From Candidatus Nezhaarchaeales archaeon (GTDB lineage: Archaea; Thermoproteota; Methanomethylicia; Nezhaarchaeales; WYZ-LMO8), in the NCBI GenBank assembly GCA_038887515.1, contig JAWAKK010000001.1:710205-774204 (forward strand): a DNA stretch of 64,000 nt, read 5' to 3'. This document shows, piece after piece, positions 9,832 through 18,836 of this stretch (the first letter of the stretch is position 1; each line of letters begins with the position of its first letter). Below the pieces are notes generated by a model. It was not told where the DNA came from. It did no database searches and saw only the letters and a list, made by a program, of their open reading frames with translations. The translations under genes and the position numbers were made by a program.

Positions 9832-10463
9832 TCATCCCTTAACACTTTATGTAGATCTACGGTCTTTATGGCTCCTTCCCTAATGACCCTTACCTCTCCG
9901 TCCACTTCAACGACCATGGAAGGCACTCCGAGTGGGCAACTACCCCCATTGATGGCGACGTCGACTTGACTTAAAAGCCAAGTATCAACCTCTTCTAACG
10001 ATTTAGGTTCTCTTTCGCCGGTTTTATTAGCGCTCGTTCCCACTATTAATCCGCCTATGTTTTCAGCTAATATCCTTGCAACCATGCTGTTTGGAATTCT
10101 TACCCCAACCTTCGGTTTACCCATAGTCACTTGAACGGGTAGATAGGACTTTAGTGGCAATACCATCGTTAAAGGACCAGGCCAGAAGACACGGGCTAGC
10201 TTCTCTGCCTTAGAGGTCATATCGACTATTAACTTTATAGCCTCAATACCTGAAGCTAGTATCGGTAGAGGCTTCCCACGGCGACCCTTTAAGTTTAAAA
10301 GTCTCGTTAAGGCCTCTTCATTTCGAGGGTCGCAACCAATGCCATAGACTGTATCTGTAGGGTATATCACTATTCCGCCATCTCTTAGAGAGCTTATGGC
10401 TGGCTTTAAAGCTGCCTTTAATTCATGCTCTTCTCTAAGTCCTCTAATATCTATGGTTAGCAT
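9828..10463 (-). CDS. tsaC: L-threonylcarbamoyladenylate synthase (TsaC/YrdC/Sua5 family)
   Basis: YrdC fold signature VIYPTDTVYGIGCDP. 211 aa. Overlaps surE by 4 nt. Confidence 0.85.
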   Translation of the reverse strand: MLTIDIRGLREEHELKAALKPAISSLRDGGIVIYPTDTVYGIGCDPRNEEALTRLLNLKGRRGKPLPILASGIEAIKLIVDMTSKAEKLARVFWPGPLTMVLPLKSYLPVQVTMGKPKVGVRIPNSMVARILAENIGGLIVGTSANKTGEREPKSLEEVDTWLLSQVDVAINGGSCPLGVPSMVVEVDGEVRVIREGAIKTVDLHKVLRDD

Positions 10464-10525
10464 CGATAGGCACTAGTCTTAAAGCTCTATAAATACGCTT
10501 CGTCTCAAAGGCTCTACGAGCGCGT

Positions 10526-10927
10526 ATGGACAGGGGCGTAGCTTCTTCACTAGCACTCTTAGCTTCAATTATGATATTGATGAGTCAGATAAGCATAAAT
10601 GTAGCTTTCGTAGAGGTCGTAAACGAAGAGGTTGCGAAGACTGTTCAGAAGGTCGTTGAGAGGGCTCGTCTTAGTCAGCTAAACTTAGTCGTCGCTACTG
10701 AGGGTTCATCGATAATTGTGTTTAATGGTCGAGAGAGTGGGGTATCTATAACTAGCTTATCGCTATGCTACATCAACGGTAGCGTTGTGGACCTTAAAGT
10801 AGATTGGTTCATTCCAGCAAAATCTGCGTGTAAGCACCATGTTCCTTTATCCATCTCTGATTGCGTGGCAGTAATATTGGTGTTAAATGAAGGAGAAAGA
10901 ATGCTATTGCCCGTAAGTAAGGTTTAA
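10526..10927 (+). CDS. Hypothetical small protein with hydrophobic N-terminus
   Basis: 133-aa ORF from the track. N-terminal hydrophobic stretch may be a signal or TM segment. No recognisable domain. GTG start. Confidence 0.3.
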   Translation: MDRGVASSLALLASIMILMSQISINVAFVEVVNEEVAKTVQKVVERARLSQLNLVVATEGSSIIVFNGRESGVSITSLSLCYINGSVVDLKVDWFIPAKSACKHHVPLSISDCVAVILVLNEGERMLLPVSKV

Positions 10928-11899
10928 CTATGATGCTATGGGGATTTTGAGCTTCCTTATAAGCTCTTTGTACCGGTTCCTCACAGTTACCTCAGTGACT
11001 TGAGCTGCCCTAGCTATCTCCTTTTGAGTTTTTCTTTCACCAGTCAGTAGAGACGCTATGTATATAGAGGCTGCAGCTAGGCCGGCTGGATCCTTACCTG
11101 CTGTTAAGCCGGCTTTTCTAGCTTGCTGTATTATTTCGATGGCTTTCTTCTGTAGCACGCCGCTTAGACCTAGAGAACTAGTGATTCTCGGTACGAAATC
11201 TATCGGGTCTACTATCGGTATGTTAACTTTGACGTGTCTTAGCAATAATCGATAACACCTGGCAACGTCTTTTCTACCAGCTTTAGTGCAATCAGCTATT
11301 TCGTCGAGGGTTCTAGGAATTTTAAGCGTCCTGCAGGCAGCATGTATAGAGGCTGCCATAACCGATTCTATTGAACGCCCCCTAACTAGACCTGCTCTTA
11401 CGGCTTCTCTGTAGATCTTCAACGCCTCCTCCTTAACGTTCTGAGGTAGGTTTAACCTGAAGGCTATTCGTTCAAGGTGATTCGTTGCCTGCTGAATATT
11501 CCTATCTTGTGAAGTTTGGATCCTACTTCTTATCTGCCAGCGTCTCCACCTAGAGACTTCAAAAACCTTTTGAGGACTTAGCTTGTGGCCCGTCGCATCC
11601 CTAATGGGCCATTGTATAACCGTAGGAGAAACGCCTTCAGCTAATGTAGTGGAGATCGGGGGTCCAACTCTATCCCTCTTTTCCCTCTCTTCTGGCGTAA
11701 AAGCTCTCCACTCCGGGCCTTGATCAATAAGCCTTTCATCTATGACTAAACCGCAATTCATACATGTGAGTTCTCCACGATCATAACTCCTTACTATGTT
11801 CGAACTACCACATTCTGGGCACCGATCAATACCCTTAAAATCTACATCAGGCTTCTTATCCTCCATCCCCTTTCCAACATACAACTTATTCTCGGCCAT
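10928..11899 (-). CDS. tfb: Transcription initiation factor IIB (TFB)
   Basis: N-terminal zinc ribbon CPECGS...CMNCG followed by two cyclin-like repeats. GGAGG located 8 nt upstream of the ATG. Confidence 0.9.
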   Translation of the reverse strand: MAENKLYVGKGMEDKKPDVDFKGIDRCPECGSSNIVRSYDRGELTCMNCGLVIDERLIDQGPEWRAFTPEEREKRDRVGPPISTTLAEGVSPTVIQWPIRDATGHKLSPQKVFEVSRWRRWQIRSRIQTSQDRNIQQATNHLERIAFRLNLPQNVKEEALKIYREAVRAGLVRGRSIESVMAASIHAACRTLKIPRTLDEIADCTKAGRKDVARCYRLLLRHVKVNIPIVDPIDFVPRITSSLGLSGVLQKKAIEIIQQARKAGLTAGKDPAGLAAASIYIASLLTGERKTQKEIARAAQVTEVTVRNRYKELIRKLKIPIAS

Positions 11900-12114
11900 T
11901 CTCTAAACCTCCAAATTTGGTAATTAAATATCCACTTTACATACCATTACCTTAAAATACCCCGGTAAAGGGAGACCTCTACGATTAGAGATATTTAAAT
12001 TTTTCTGGTAAATTGAAGAAAACAGGAGAGACTTATATAACCTTTTCGCAACATTTTCCCCAAACGTCGTTAAGGCATTAAGGTTATAAGGAATCCACCC
12101 TTCTTCTTTAAAAA

Positions 12115-12211
12115 GGGCCCGTGGCGCAGCCCGGATAGCGCGGCGACAACCGTTAAGGTTGCCGTAAGCCTCCTAAGCCGTTGGTCGTGGGTTCAAATCC
12201 CACCGGGCCCG
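12115..12211 (+). tRNA. Intron-containing tRNA-Arg (anticodon CCU or CCG depending on intron position)
   Basis: 7-bp acceptor stem GGGCCCG/CGGGCCC. D-arm GCGC-AGCCCGGATA-GCGC. T-arm GTGGG-TTCAAAT-CCCAC. 97 nt, about 22 nt too long between the D- and T-arms. Removing nt 34-55 of the gene (genomic 12148-12169) gives a canonical loop CUCCUAA (U33, A37, anticodon CCU). A canonical 37/38 intron would give CCG with U at position 37. No CCA encoded. Confidence 0.7.
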
Positions 12212-12289
12212 TCATCTTCACTGCAAAACTTAAAATACTTCCGTATTAAAGCAAATTGACGTTATAGGAGCGAGGGCTGGTGCTAAGGG

Positions 12290-13180
12290 TTGGATGAGAA
12301 GGAGCCCTTAGTCTATATAGATGGACAACTAGTGCCTAAAAGCTCAGCTAAGATCTCCGTGTTCGATCACGGTTTTCTTTATGGCGACGGCGTTTTTGAG
12401 GGCATCATGGTCTACAACGGCGTTGCCTTCAAGCTCAAAGAGCATGTCGATAGGCTCTACGACTCTGCGAGAGCGCTATGTATAGACATACCCATGAAGG
12501 AGGAGGAAATGATAAAGACCATTGTAAACGTTATTCGCGCGAACGGCTTCAAGAATGCTTACGTAAGGGTAATAGTCACGAGGGGCGTTGGGGACTTAGG
12601 ATTGGATCCTAGAAAGTGCTCTAAACCGACGATAGTCATCATAGTGGACAAGATAAAGCTATTTGATGACGAGGTGTGGAAGAGGGGCATTACTGCTATA
12701 ATATCGTCCGTTAGGCGCGACAGCGTTGACGCTACAACTCATGAAATAAAATCGATGAACTACTTGAATAGCATATTAGCTAAGATAGAGGCCAATGCCG
12801 TGGGAGCCGATGAAGCGATAATGCTTGACGAGAGGGGGTTTGTAGCCGAAGGAACTGGCGAGAACGTATTCATCGTTAAAAATGGAGTGATATATACGCC
12901 TTCAAGGGCGAGCGGTATACTACCGGGTATCACCAGGGCTAGGGTTATAAAGCTCGCTGAAGAGATGGGGTATAAGGTCGTTGAAAGGGATATAACGCCG
13001 GCTGAATTACTAACTGCAGACGAAGTTTTCTTAACGGGTACAGCTGCTGGCATAGTCCCGGTTACCAAGATAGCTGGAAGAACTATAGGAGATGGCAAGC
13101 CAGGGCCGATTACGAGAAAGCTCATAGAGAAGTTTAGAGAGCTTAGAGAAGACCCTTCAGAAGGAGTCAAAATTTTTTGA
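12290..13180 (+). CDS. ilvE: Branched-chain amino acid aminotransferase (class IV PLP enzyme)
   Basis: Class IV aminotransferase motifs (VFDHGFLYGDGVFEGI, EVFLTGTAAGIVPV). TTG start; stop codon 3 nt upstream excludes extension. Confidence 0.85.
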   Translation: MDEKEPLVYIDGQLVPKSSAKISVFDHGFLYGDGVFEGIMVYNGVAFKLKEHVDRLYDSARALCIDIPMKEEEMIKTIVNVIRANGFKNAYVRVIVTRGVGDLGLDPRKCSKPTIVIIVDKIKLFDDEVWKRGITAIISSVRRDSVDATTHEIKSMNYLNSILAKIEANAVGADEAIMLDERGFVAEGTGENVFIVKNGVIYTPSRASGILPGITRARVIKLAEEMGYKVVERDITPAELLTADEVFLTGTAAGIVPVTKIAGRTIGDGKPGPITRKLIEKFRELREDPSEGVKIF

Positions 13181-13205
13181 GCAATAAAGAGAGTAAAGAA
13201 GTTTG

Positions 13206-13916
13206 TTAAGTAAATACTTCAGTACGCTGGTAGAAGGGCTGAACGGAAGCTACAACCTCTATCGGAAACGGATGCTCCGCTCTCAGGTTCTGGACTACCT
13301 CCTCGCCAACACTAACTAGAGCAAAAACACCAGCCACGTTAGCCTTCAACTTCTTAACTATATTTATGAGAGCTTGAATGGTACTTCCTGTCCTTATGAG
13401 GTCGTCAACTATTAGAACGTCATCCCTACTAGTTATCGAAGTCTTAGAAACGTAGAGCGAAGTTACGTAGGGGCCAGTCGGGTACGACTCTTCTATATAG
13501 TCCCTGACGCCCATTTCCTTAGTCCTCTTAGCTACTACCAAGGGTACTTCAAGTAAAAGAGATATGGAAGTGGCTATGGGGACTCCATTGACGGCAGGAG
13601 CCAATACCTTTGTTATCCTCTTACCCGCAAACTTCATCATCACGTAATGCGATGCCCTCATGAGGATTAAAGGGTCGTTGACTATGTTAGTTGTGTCAAC
13701 ATAACCGTACGGATCCACGGATATCTTTTCATATATTACTTGGTCAAACTGCTCAATCTTATCTAAGGAGTCCCAAAGCTTCTTGGCAGTATCATCCCCT
13801 GGAAGAACGTCCCCCTTAACGTACCTACAGAGGACTGTTTCGGGAATTCCGGTTCTTCTGGCAAGTTCACTATAAGAATAAAACTTTTTTAATAACCTCA
13901 ACCTTTCAATGGTCAT
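13206..13916 (-). CDS. HTH domain fused to phosphoribosyltransferase (PRTase) domain; putative PRPP/nucleotide-responsive regulator
   Basis: N-terminal HTH (YSELARRTGIPETVLCRYV). C-terminal type I PRTase PRPP-binding motif VLIVDDLIRTGSTI. Same architecture as GfcR-type archaeal regulators. Confidence 0.65.
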   Translation of the reverse strand: MTIERLRLLKKFYSYSELARRTGIPETVLCRYVKGDVLPGDDTAKKLWDSLDKIEQFDQVIYEKISVDPYGYVDTTNIVNDPLILMRASHYVMMKFAGKRITKVLAPAVNGVPIATSISLLLEVPLVVAKRTKEMGVRDYIEESYPTGPYVTSLYVSKTSITSRDDVLIVDDLIRTGSTIQALINIVKKLKANVAGVFALVSVGEEVVQNLRAEHPFPIEVVASVQPFYQRTEVFT

Positions 13917-14378
13917 GAACCTAAACCTTAAGCTGGCCTCGCGCCTTCTCGTAAGTACCTGCCCCCAAGTAATGTTCGACTTTATGGTCTTCTACGTAAT
14001 ACTTGATATTTATAAAATGCTTTTTAATTTTTACCCTTAAAAGCCCTAATTTACATAAAAAGTATCGGTACTGATGTGCTTCCCCACATAAAACTTTATG
14101 TAACATGAAGCGAGGGGGCCCGCTTTTAGGTCGACAATGTAAAGGTTTGAATACCTACGTGCAATCGTTTCAACGCACGATTTTCAAGTAATGTAAAGAG
14201 CTTTGACGTGATGTTCATTTATTTGAAGTAAAGTTTATTGGGATCCTTCTAAAGGAGTTTTCCCTATGGGAGGGAGACAAAGGACGACGCTACTGGAGAT
14301 TTTTGAAGAGAAGAAGAGTGGAACCGAGAAAAAAGCTAAAAAGTAGAAAGCCGTGAAAAATAAAAATGCGAAGTGTAA

Positions 14379-14398
14379 GGGGGGGGGGGGGGGGGGGG
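14379..14398. repeat. G20 homopolymer tract
   Basis: Twenty consecutive G at 14379-14398, read directly. Lies 31 nt upstream of the ATG at 14429. Overlapped only by an implausible poly-Gly N-terminal extension of the track ORF. Confidence 0.95.
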
Positions 14399-14428
14399 TC
14401 AACCGGAATTAATGAAAGGAGTAAGGGA

Positions 14429-15415
14429 ATGTCTCAGAAGCACAACGCCGTGGCAGAGAAGCTCTCAGAATATTGTAGATCTAATAAAGCTATAACCTCT
14501 TTCCTACAAGAAATGGTCCTAAGAGGTATTAGCGAAATAAGACCTATCATATCGAGTAACGTAGAATACCCCGAACTTTCAGAATTCTTTGGCAAAGAAG
14601 CCAGTAAGATGCTTGAAGTGATGATTAGGGATGGCATACTTAAAGGCGTGGTCGTTGATAGGATATTGATGTGCCCCGAGTGCAACGCAATAACAGTAAG
14701 GACGCGCTACTTATGTCCTAGCTGTAAGAGCTTTAACGTTGAGCGTGTCTCGCTTATAGAGCACATAATTTGCGGCTTTATTGGATCAAACAGGCTATTC
14801 AAGAAAGGTGAAAGCGAAGTGTGTCCACGCTGTGGCCGTACCTTAAAGAGGGCTCAAGTGGACTGGAGGATCATAGGTATGACCTTTGAATGCTACGATT
14901 GCGGACTCATGTTTGATGAGCCCAAGATAGCCCACAAGTGTCTACCAAACGGTCACGAATTCGACCCAACGAATTCGAAGTACGAAGCCGTTTACAAGTA
15001 CGTGATCAAAGACGAGGTCGTGAAAATGGTACAAGAAGGCTTCCTGGTAACTTCTACCATTCATCAAGTCCTCGCATCGTCAGGATACGAAGTCCATGTC
15101 GACGGGGCCGTAAGAGGCCTTTCTGGCGTCGACCATAGATTTAACGTCGTAGGATCAAAGGACGGAAAGTTGACAGTAATCGAAACTAGCAACTTGCAAT
15201 CGGGCAGAGAGCAGTTAATGCAGATGGTCGCTAAGGTCATAGACACCAAACCTTCGCGAGCACTATTAGTAGTGCTTTCTCAAAGCGAAGAGGGTTTAAG
15301 AGAGCTTGAATCTCTTGCCTCATCGTTAAACATACGACTTATTGCGGTCAAAAACTTAATGGAAATAGGGGAAGCTATCCGGCGGATATTAAGTGAGGAA
15401 AGCGAAAAATCTTAA
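14429..15415 (+). CDS. Multi-zinc-ribbon protein, candidate regulator of the adjacent type IV pilus locus
   Basis: Start moved to ATG 14429 (GGAG about 10 nt upstream), dropping the poly-Gly extension. Three CxxC pairs (CPECN...CPSCK, CPRCG, CYDCG) follow an N-terminal helical region. C-terminal ~130 aa of unknown fold. No confident family assignment. Confidence 0.5.
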   Translation: MSQKHNAVAEKLSEYCRSNKAITSFLQEMVLRGISEIRPIISSNVEYPELSEFFGKEASKMLEVMIRDGILKGVVVDRILMCPECNAITVRTRYLCPSCKSFNVERVSLIEHIICGFIGSNRLFKKGESEVCPRCGRTLKRAQVDWRIIGMTFECYDCGLMFDEPKIAHKCLPNGHEFDPTNSKYEAVYKYVIKDEVVKMVQEGFLVTSTIHQVLASSGYEVHVDGAVRGLSGVDHRFNVVGSKDGKLTVIETSNLQSGREQLMQMVAKVIDTKPSRALLVVLSQSEEGLRELESLASSLNIRLIAVKNLMEIGEAIRRILSEESEKS

Positions 15416-15419
15416 GAAC

Positions 15420-16280
15420 CTACAGTAGCTGCGTAAAGACTAAGATCAGTACCGCCAACATCAATGCCGAGTGCCTCAACCCAGTTAACATAGACCCCTT
15501 AGATATCTTTCCTATTGCAAGCCCAGCAGCTATGGCCTCTATTACCCCGCAATAGAAAAATATGGCTTTGTAGAAATCGATGCCCCTAAATCCCTTAACT
15601 ATCTCTCCAAAACCCTCCGTAAGCGTTAGGGGGGTTACTAGCTGAGTCATCAGTATGTAGACCGTTAACAGGTACACCACAAAGCTTACGTACATGATCC
15701 AGGTGTAGGACTTGAGCTCTGTCTCCTTCTCAGTTTCGTACGATTCCAAAGCTGAGTGTAATGTGAGGAAGGATTGAAGAATGTTTAGGGCTTTAGCTCC
15801 ACTCCTCATAACCTCTACGAGTAGTATAGATACCTTATCCATGAGCGGGGTCCTAGCCATCTTAGCTATGTCAATTATCGAAATTTCAGGGTCGAACCCT
15901 AACATCATCTTGGCGACTACTCTATTCAACTCCTTTGAAAGTGGACCGTAACGGTTTTTAGCGCACTCTTTAAGGGCAATCGTCAATGGAACGCCAGTCC
16001 TCACGTAATCTACTAAGTCCCTGATGAATTGGGAGACGCCTTTCTCAATCCCTCTCTTCCATCTATGCTCAAGGTCTTCAACCACTCCAACTATAAGGCA
16101 CAAGACCAAGATCCCTACACAGAATATAGAGTTGACCAGTTGGCTAGTAGGTATGAATATTGGAGGGGCGGGAGTGTAAAGCTTCAGGTAGAATGGCAAG
16201 TAGAATATCGCCACGGCAGATGCAATGGCCACAAAGTAAGTAGCCGCCTTCTGGCGGGGAGAGAAGAAGCGCCCGTTCAT
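15420..16280 (-). CDS. Type II secretion system F-domain membrane protein (TadC/FlaJ-like, second half)
   Basis: Polytopic membrane protein with one T2SSF-like domain. Its ATG lies one codon after an in-frame TAA that ends the upstream T2SSF gene (TAA-GCC-ATG). Confidence 0.6.
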   Translation of the reverse strand: MNGRFFSPRQKAATYFVAIASAVAIFYLPFYLKLYTPAPPIFIPTSQLVNSIFCVGILVLCLIVGVVEDLEHRWKRGIEKGVSQFIRDLVDYVRTGVPLTIALKECAKNRYGPLSKELNRVVAKMMLGFDPEISIIDIAKMARTPLMDKVSILLVEVMRSGAKALNILQSFLTLHSALESYETEKETELKSYTWIMYVSFVVYLLTVYILMTQLVTPLTLTEGFGEIVKGFRGIDFYKAIFFYCGVIEAIAAGLAIGKISKGSMLTGLRHSALMLAVLILVFTQLL

Positions 16281-16283
16281 GGC

Positions 16284-17174
16284 TTACACCGACGAAAGCG
16301 CCTTGTCCATCAATACCAACACTATGGCCGCGAGTACCGGCATCAATACGAATGCTGTAAGCATAGTTACTGAGACCGGGTCAACGCCGAAGAGTTGTTG
16401 GCCGAGCATGGCCACTATGATCAGTATGGTTATGATAATTATTGGACCTACTATAACCAAGGCTACGTACATCTCGGATAGATATCCCATAGCCGTCAGG
16501 ACCTTGCGTAGAGTTGATCTCCTGAACTCTACGAGACTTTTCGCGTAGTCCATTAAGTACCCCGATACGTCTCCGCTCGAGCCTATGACGGTTGAGAGTC
16601 CTTCCAATAGTGTCTTCAAATGAATCGAGGGGGACCTATTGGCTGCTTCGTATAGGGCTTTTATGGGATCTACGTTGAATATAGCCATCTGTCTAAGTAT
16701 AAAGCAGAACGTGTTTTTAATGGCTTTCTCGCTCTCGATCTCCACGGTCCTCCTGATCAAGGTCTCGATAGTTGTTCCAGCTGAAGCCAGCGCAGCCATG
16801 TACTCCACAGTATATGGGAGGGCTCTGTCTATTCTAAAAGCCAAGTTCTTGGACCTTACATAAGGGTAGTATGCGCCTACCGTAAAAGTGACCGAGAAGC
16901 CTAGGATAGCCCATACAACTACGAGCACCAGCACATAGAGCATGGGTAGGCCCAGCACTAGGGCGTTGACTATAAAGGAAACAATGGCCGAGGCTACGCA
17001 GACCATTATGCTCATGAAGACGACTGCTGAGGCGTAAGCCGGAAATGGAATGCCCATCTGAGCCTTAAGGTACCTCTCCCTTACGAAGGAGATGAATGGA
17101 GAATTTGAGCTAGGCTTAAAGAGCCTGTAACTGAATGAGGATATGGCTTCGAGGAGACCGTTTCCCTTCGACAT
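16284..17174 (-). CDS. Type II secretion system F-domain membrane protein (TadB/FlaJ-like, first half)
   Basis: 296 aa. Cytoplasmic T2SSF-like domain (LPYTVEYMAALASAGTTIETLIRR) flanked by TM segments. Follows the ATPase gene after a 6-nt gap. Confidence 0.6.
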   Translation of the reverse strand: MSKGNGLLEAISSFSYRLFKPSSNSPFISFVRERYLKAQMGIPFPAYASAVVFMSIMVCVASAIVSFIVNALVLGLPMLYVLVLVVVWAILGFSVTFTVGAYYPYVRSKNLAFRIDRALPYTVEYMAALASAGTTIETLIRRTVEIESEKAIKNTFCFILRQMAIFNVDPIKALYEAANRSPSIHLKTLLEGLSTVIGSSGDVSGYLMDYAKSLVEFRRSTLRKVLTAMGYLSEMYVALVIVGPIIIITILIIVAMLGQQLFGVDPVSVTMLTAFVLMPVLAAIVLVLMDKALSSV

Positions 17175-17182
17175 GGCCTCAC

Positions 17183-18703
17183 CTAAGGGGTAGCTACCAA
17201 CTTTAGCAACTCACTCCTAGCCCTCTCGTAGGTTTCTCGAGGCTTTAAGTAGTAGCTTCTAATAACCTTGGCTACGTCGTCGTGCCTCGATAGGTCCTTC
17301 TTCAACATCCATTCAAGCACAACCTTCCTGTTCTCTAGTTCACTCGTAACGTTATCAAAACCTAGCCTCTTGACTATGATGCTGCCATCTGCTATCAACC
17401 TAGTGAAGGAATCGGTAAGCGGATCCCAACGATATATGGGATTTATCATGATTTCCCCGCTTCTAGGGTCTATCCCCGTGACCTCGTTTACCTCTATAAC
17501 CCTTCTAACCGTAACCCCTCTCACTTTTCTTCTAGCAACTAGTATTATGGTTTCAATCATTGGTATAAGTTCTCTAGGAACATTCATAGGCTTAGACTCG
17601 AGCCTCCTTATGGCCGCCTCTATGTTTTCAGCGTGTATGGTGCATAGACCTCCGTGGCCTGTAGCCACGGCTTGAAAGAGAGCGTAGGCTTCTTCGCCCC
17701 TGACTTCGCCGACGATTATGTAGTCGGGCCTTTGCCTTAAAGCGGACTTTAATAGGTCGAACGCCGATATCTCTGGGGCTCCATCGGTCGTGCTGGGCCT
17801 AGTAACTAAAGGGACCCAGTTCTCATGTGGGAGCATTAGCTCCCTCGTTTCCTCTATAGTTATTACCTTGGCTTCAGGCCTTATCAGGGCGGCTATAGCG
17901 TTTAGGAGAGTAGTCTTGCCGGACGCAGTTGCACCGCAAATAAGCATAGACCTCATTTGCTCGACCATAATCCATAGGTAAGCTGCTACTTCGCTCGACA
18001 AAGTACCTAACTTTATTAGGTCTATTATAGTAAACTTTTCAGGCCTATACTTCCTAATGGTAAAGGTCGACCCCCTCTTAGAGACCACGTCTAGGGTTAG
18101 GTGGACTCGATGTCCTTCAGGTAGCACGCCATCGATGACCGGCCTTGCAATGGAAACCTGCTGCTTAGCCTTAAACGACAGGGTCATGACGAAGGAGTTT
18201 AGTTCCTCCTCACTTTCAAAGGATACGTTCGTTGGAAGCTCCTCGTACTTTACGTGCCAAACGTATATTGGGATCCCGACGCCAGCGCAGCTTATATCTT
18301 CGATGTTGGGATCCCTAACTATGCCGTCTATCTTTCCGTAGCCCAGCAGGTCCCTAACTATGTAATAAAGTATCTTATCTAGGGCTTCTGAGGCCACCTT
18401 GAAGCCGTACTTCTTAATAACTTTCTTAGTTGCTTGGACTATGAAGGACCTCGCCTTTTCCGGGTCTTCTACGTCCTCTACGTCTACGTCAACCGACTCC
18501 TTGATGAACTCCTTGACCCTACGTACTACCTCCACCTCGTCCTGTAGAAGCGTTGGCTCTACGACTTCGTACCTAAGCTTCCCGACGGGATCCATTACTA
18601 TAGCTATGTGGCAGAAGGGGGGATTCACGGCGTAGAAGTCTCTTAAACGAGCTAGCTCAACTTGTTCTAAGCCCTTAGAGTCTCCAGCCCGCTTAATACT
18701 CAT
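17183..18703 (-). CDS. Type IV pilus/archaellum-family secretion ATPase (FlaI/CpaF/VirB11 superfamily)
   Basis: Walker A GATASGKTT, Asp/His boxes and typical length of 506 aa. Confidence 0.85.
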   Translation of the reverse strand: MSIKRAGDSKGLEQVELARLRDFYAVNPPFCHIAIVMDPVGKLRYEVVEPTLLQDEVEVVRRVKEFIKESVDVDVEDVEDPEKARSFIVQATKKVIKKYGFKVASEALDKILYYIVRDLLGYGKIDGIVRDPNIEDISCAGVGIPIYVWHVKYEELPTNVSFESEEELNSFVMTLSFKAKQQVSIARPVIDGVLPEGHRVHLTLDVVSKRGSTFTIRKYRPEKFTIIDLIKLGTLSSEVAAYLWIMVEQMRSMLICGATASGKTTLLNAIAALIRPEAKVITIEETRELMLPHENWVPLVTRPSTTDGAPEISAFDLLKSALRQRPDYIIVGEVRGEEAYALFQAVATGHGGLCTIHAENIEAAIRRLESKPMNVPRELIPMIETIILVARRKVRGVTVRRVIEVNEVTGIDPRSGEIMINPIYRWDPLTDSFTRLIADGSIIVKRLGFDNVTSELENRKVVLEWMLKKDLSRHDDVAKVIRSYYLKPRETYERARSELLKLVATP

Positions 18704-18794
18704 CCTAAAGCGCCTAGAAAAATCTAGAAGGCGAAGCTCAAAACTTTTCCGGAGCGAGTAAAGCCTAGCAGACGAGTTCTTTTAACGATAGATT

Positions 18795-18808
18795 TATTTA
18801 AATGGTAT
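18795..18808 (+). promoter_or_regulatory. Putative BRE/TATA element for the pilin gene
   Basis: TTTATTTAAAT about 30-40 nt upstream of ATG 18837, in the divergent intergenic region between the ATPase operon and the pilin genes. Confidence 0.3.
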
Positions 18809-18836
18809 CGCAAATTATTATCGTTCGGTGAACACC

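Noticed and set aside
13921-14106. 61-aa minus-strand ORF in the AT-rich intergenic region
   Set aside because: It lies in a low-complexity AT-rich spacer, has no motif and no convincing start context. It is likely chance.
14366-14428. N-terminal extension of ORF 14366 translating the G20 tract as poly-Gly
   Set aside because: An implausible poly-Gly N-terminus. The ATG at 14429 with an upstream GGAG is a far better start. The tract is treated as non-coding.
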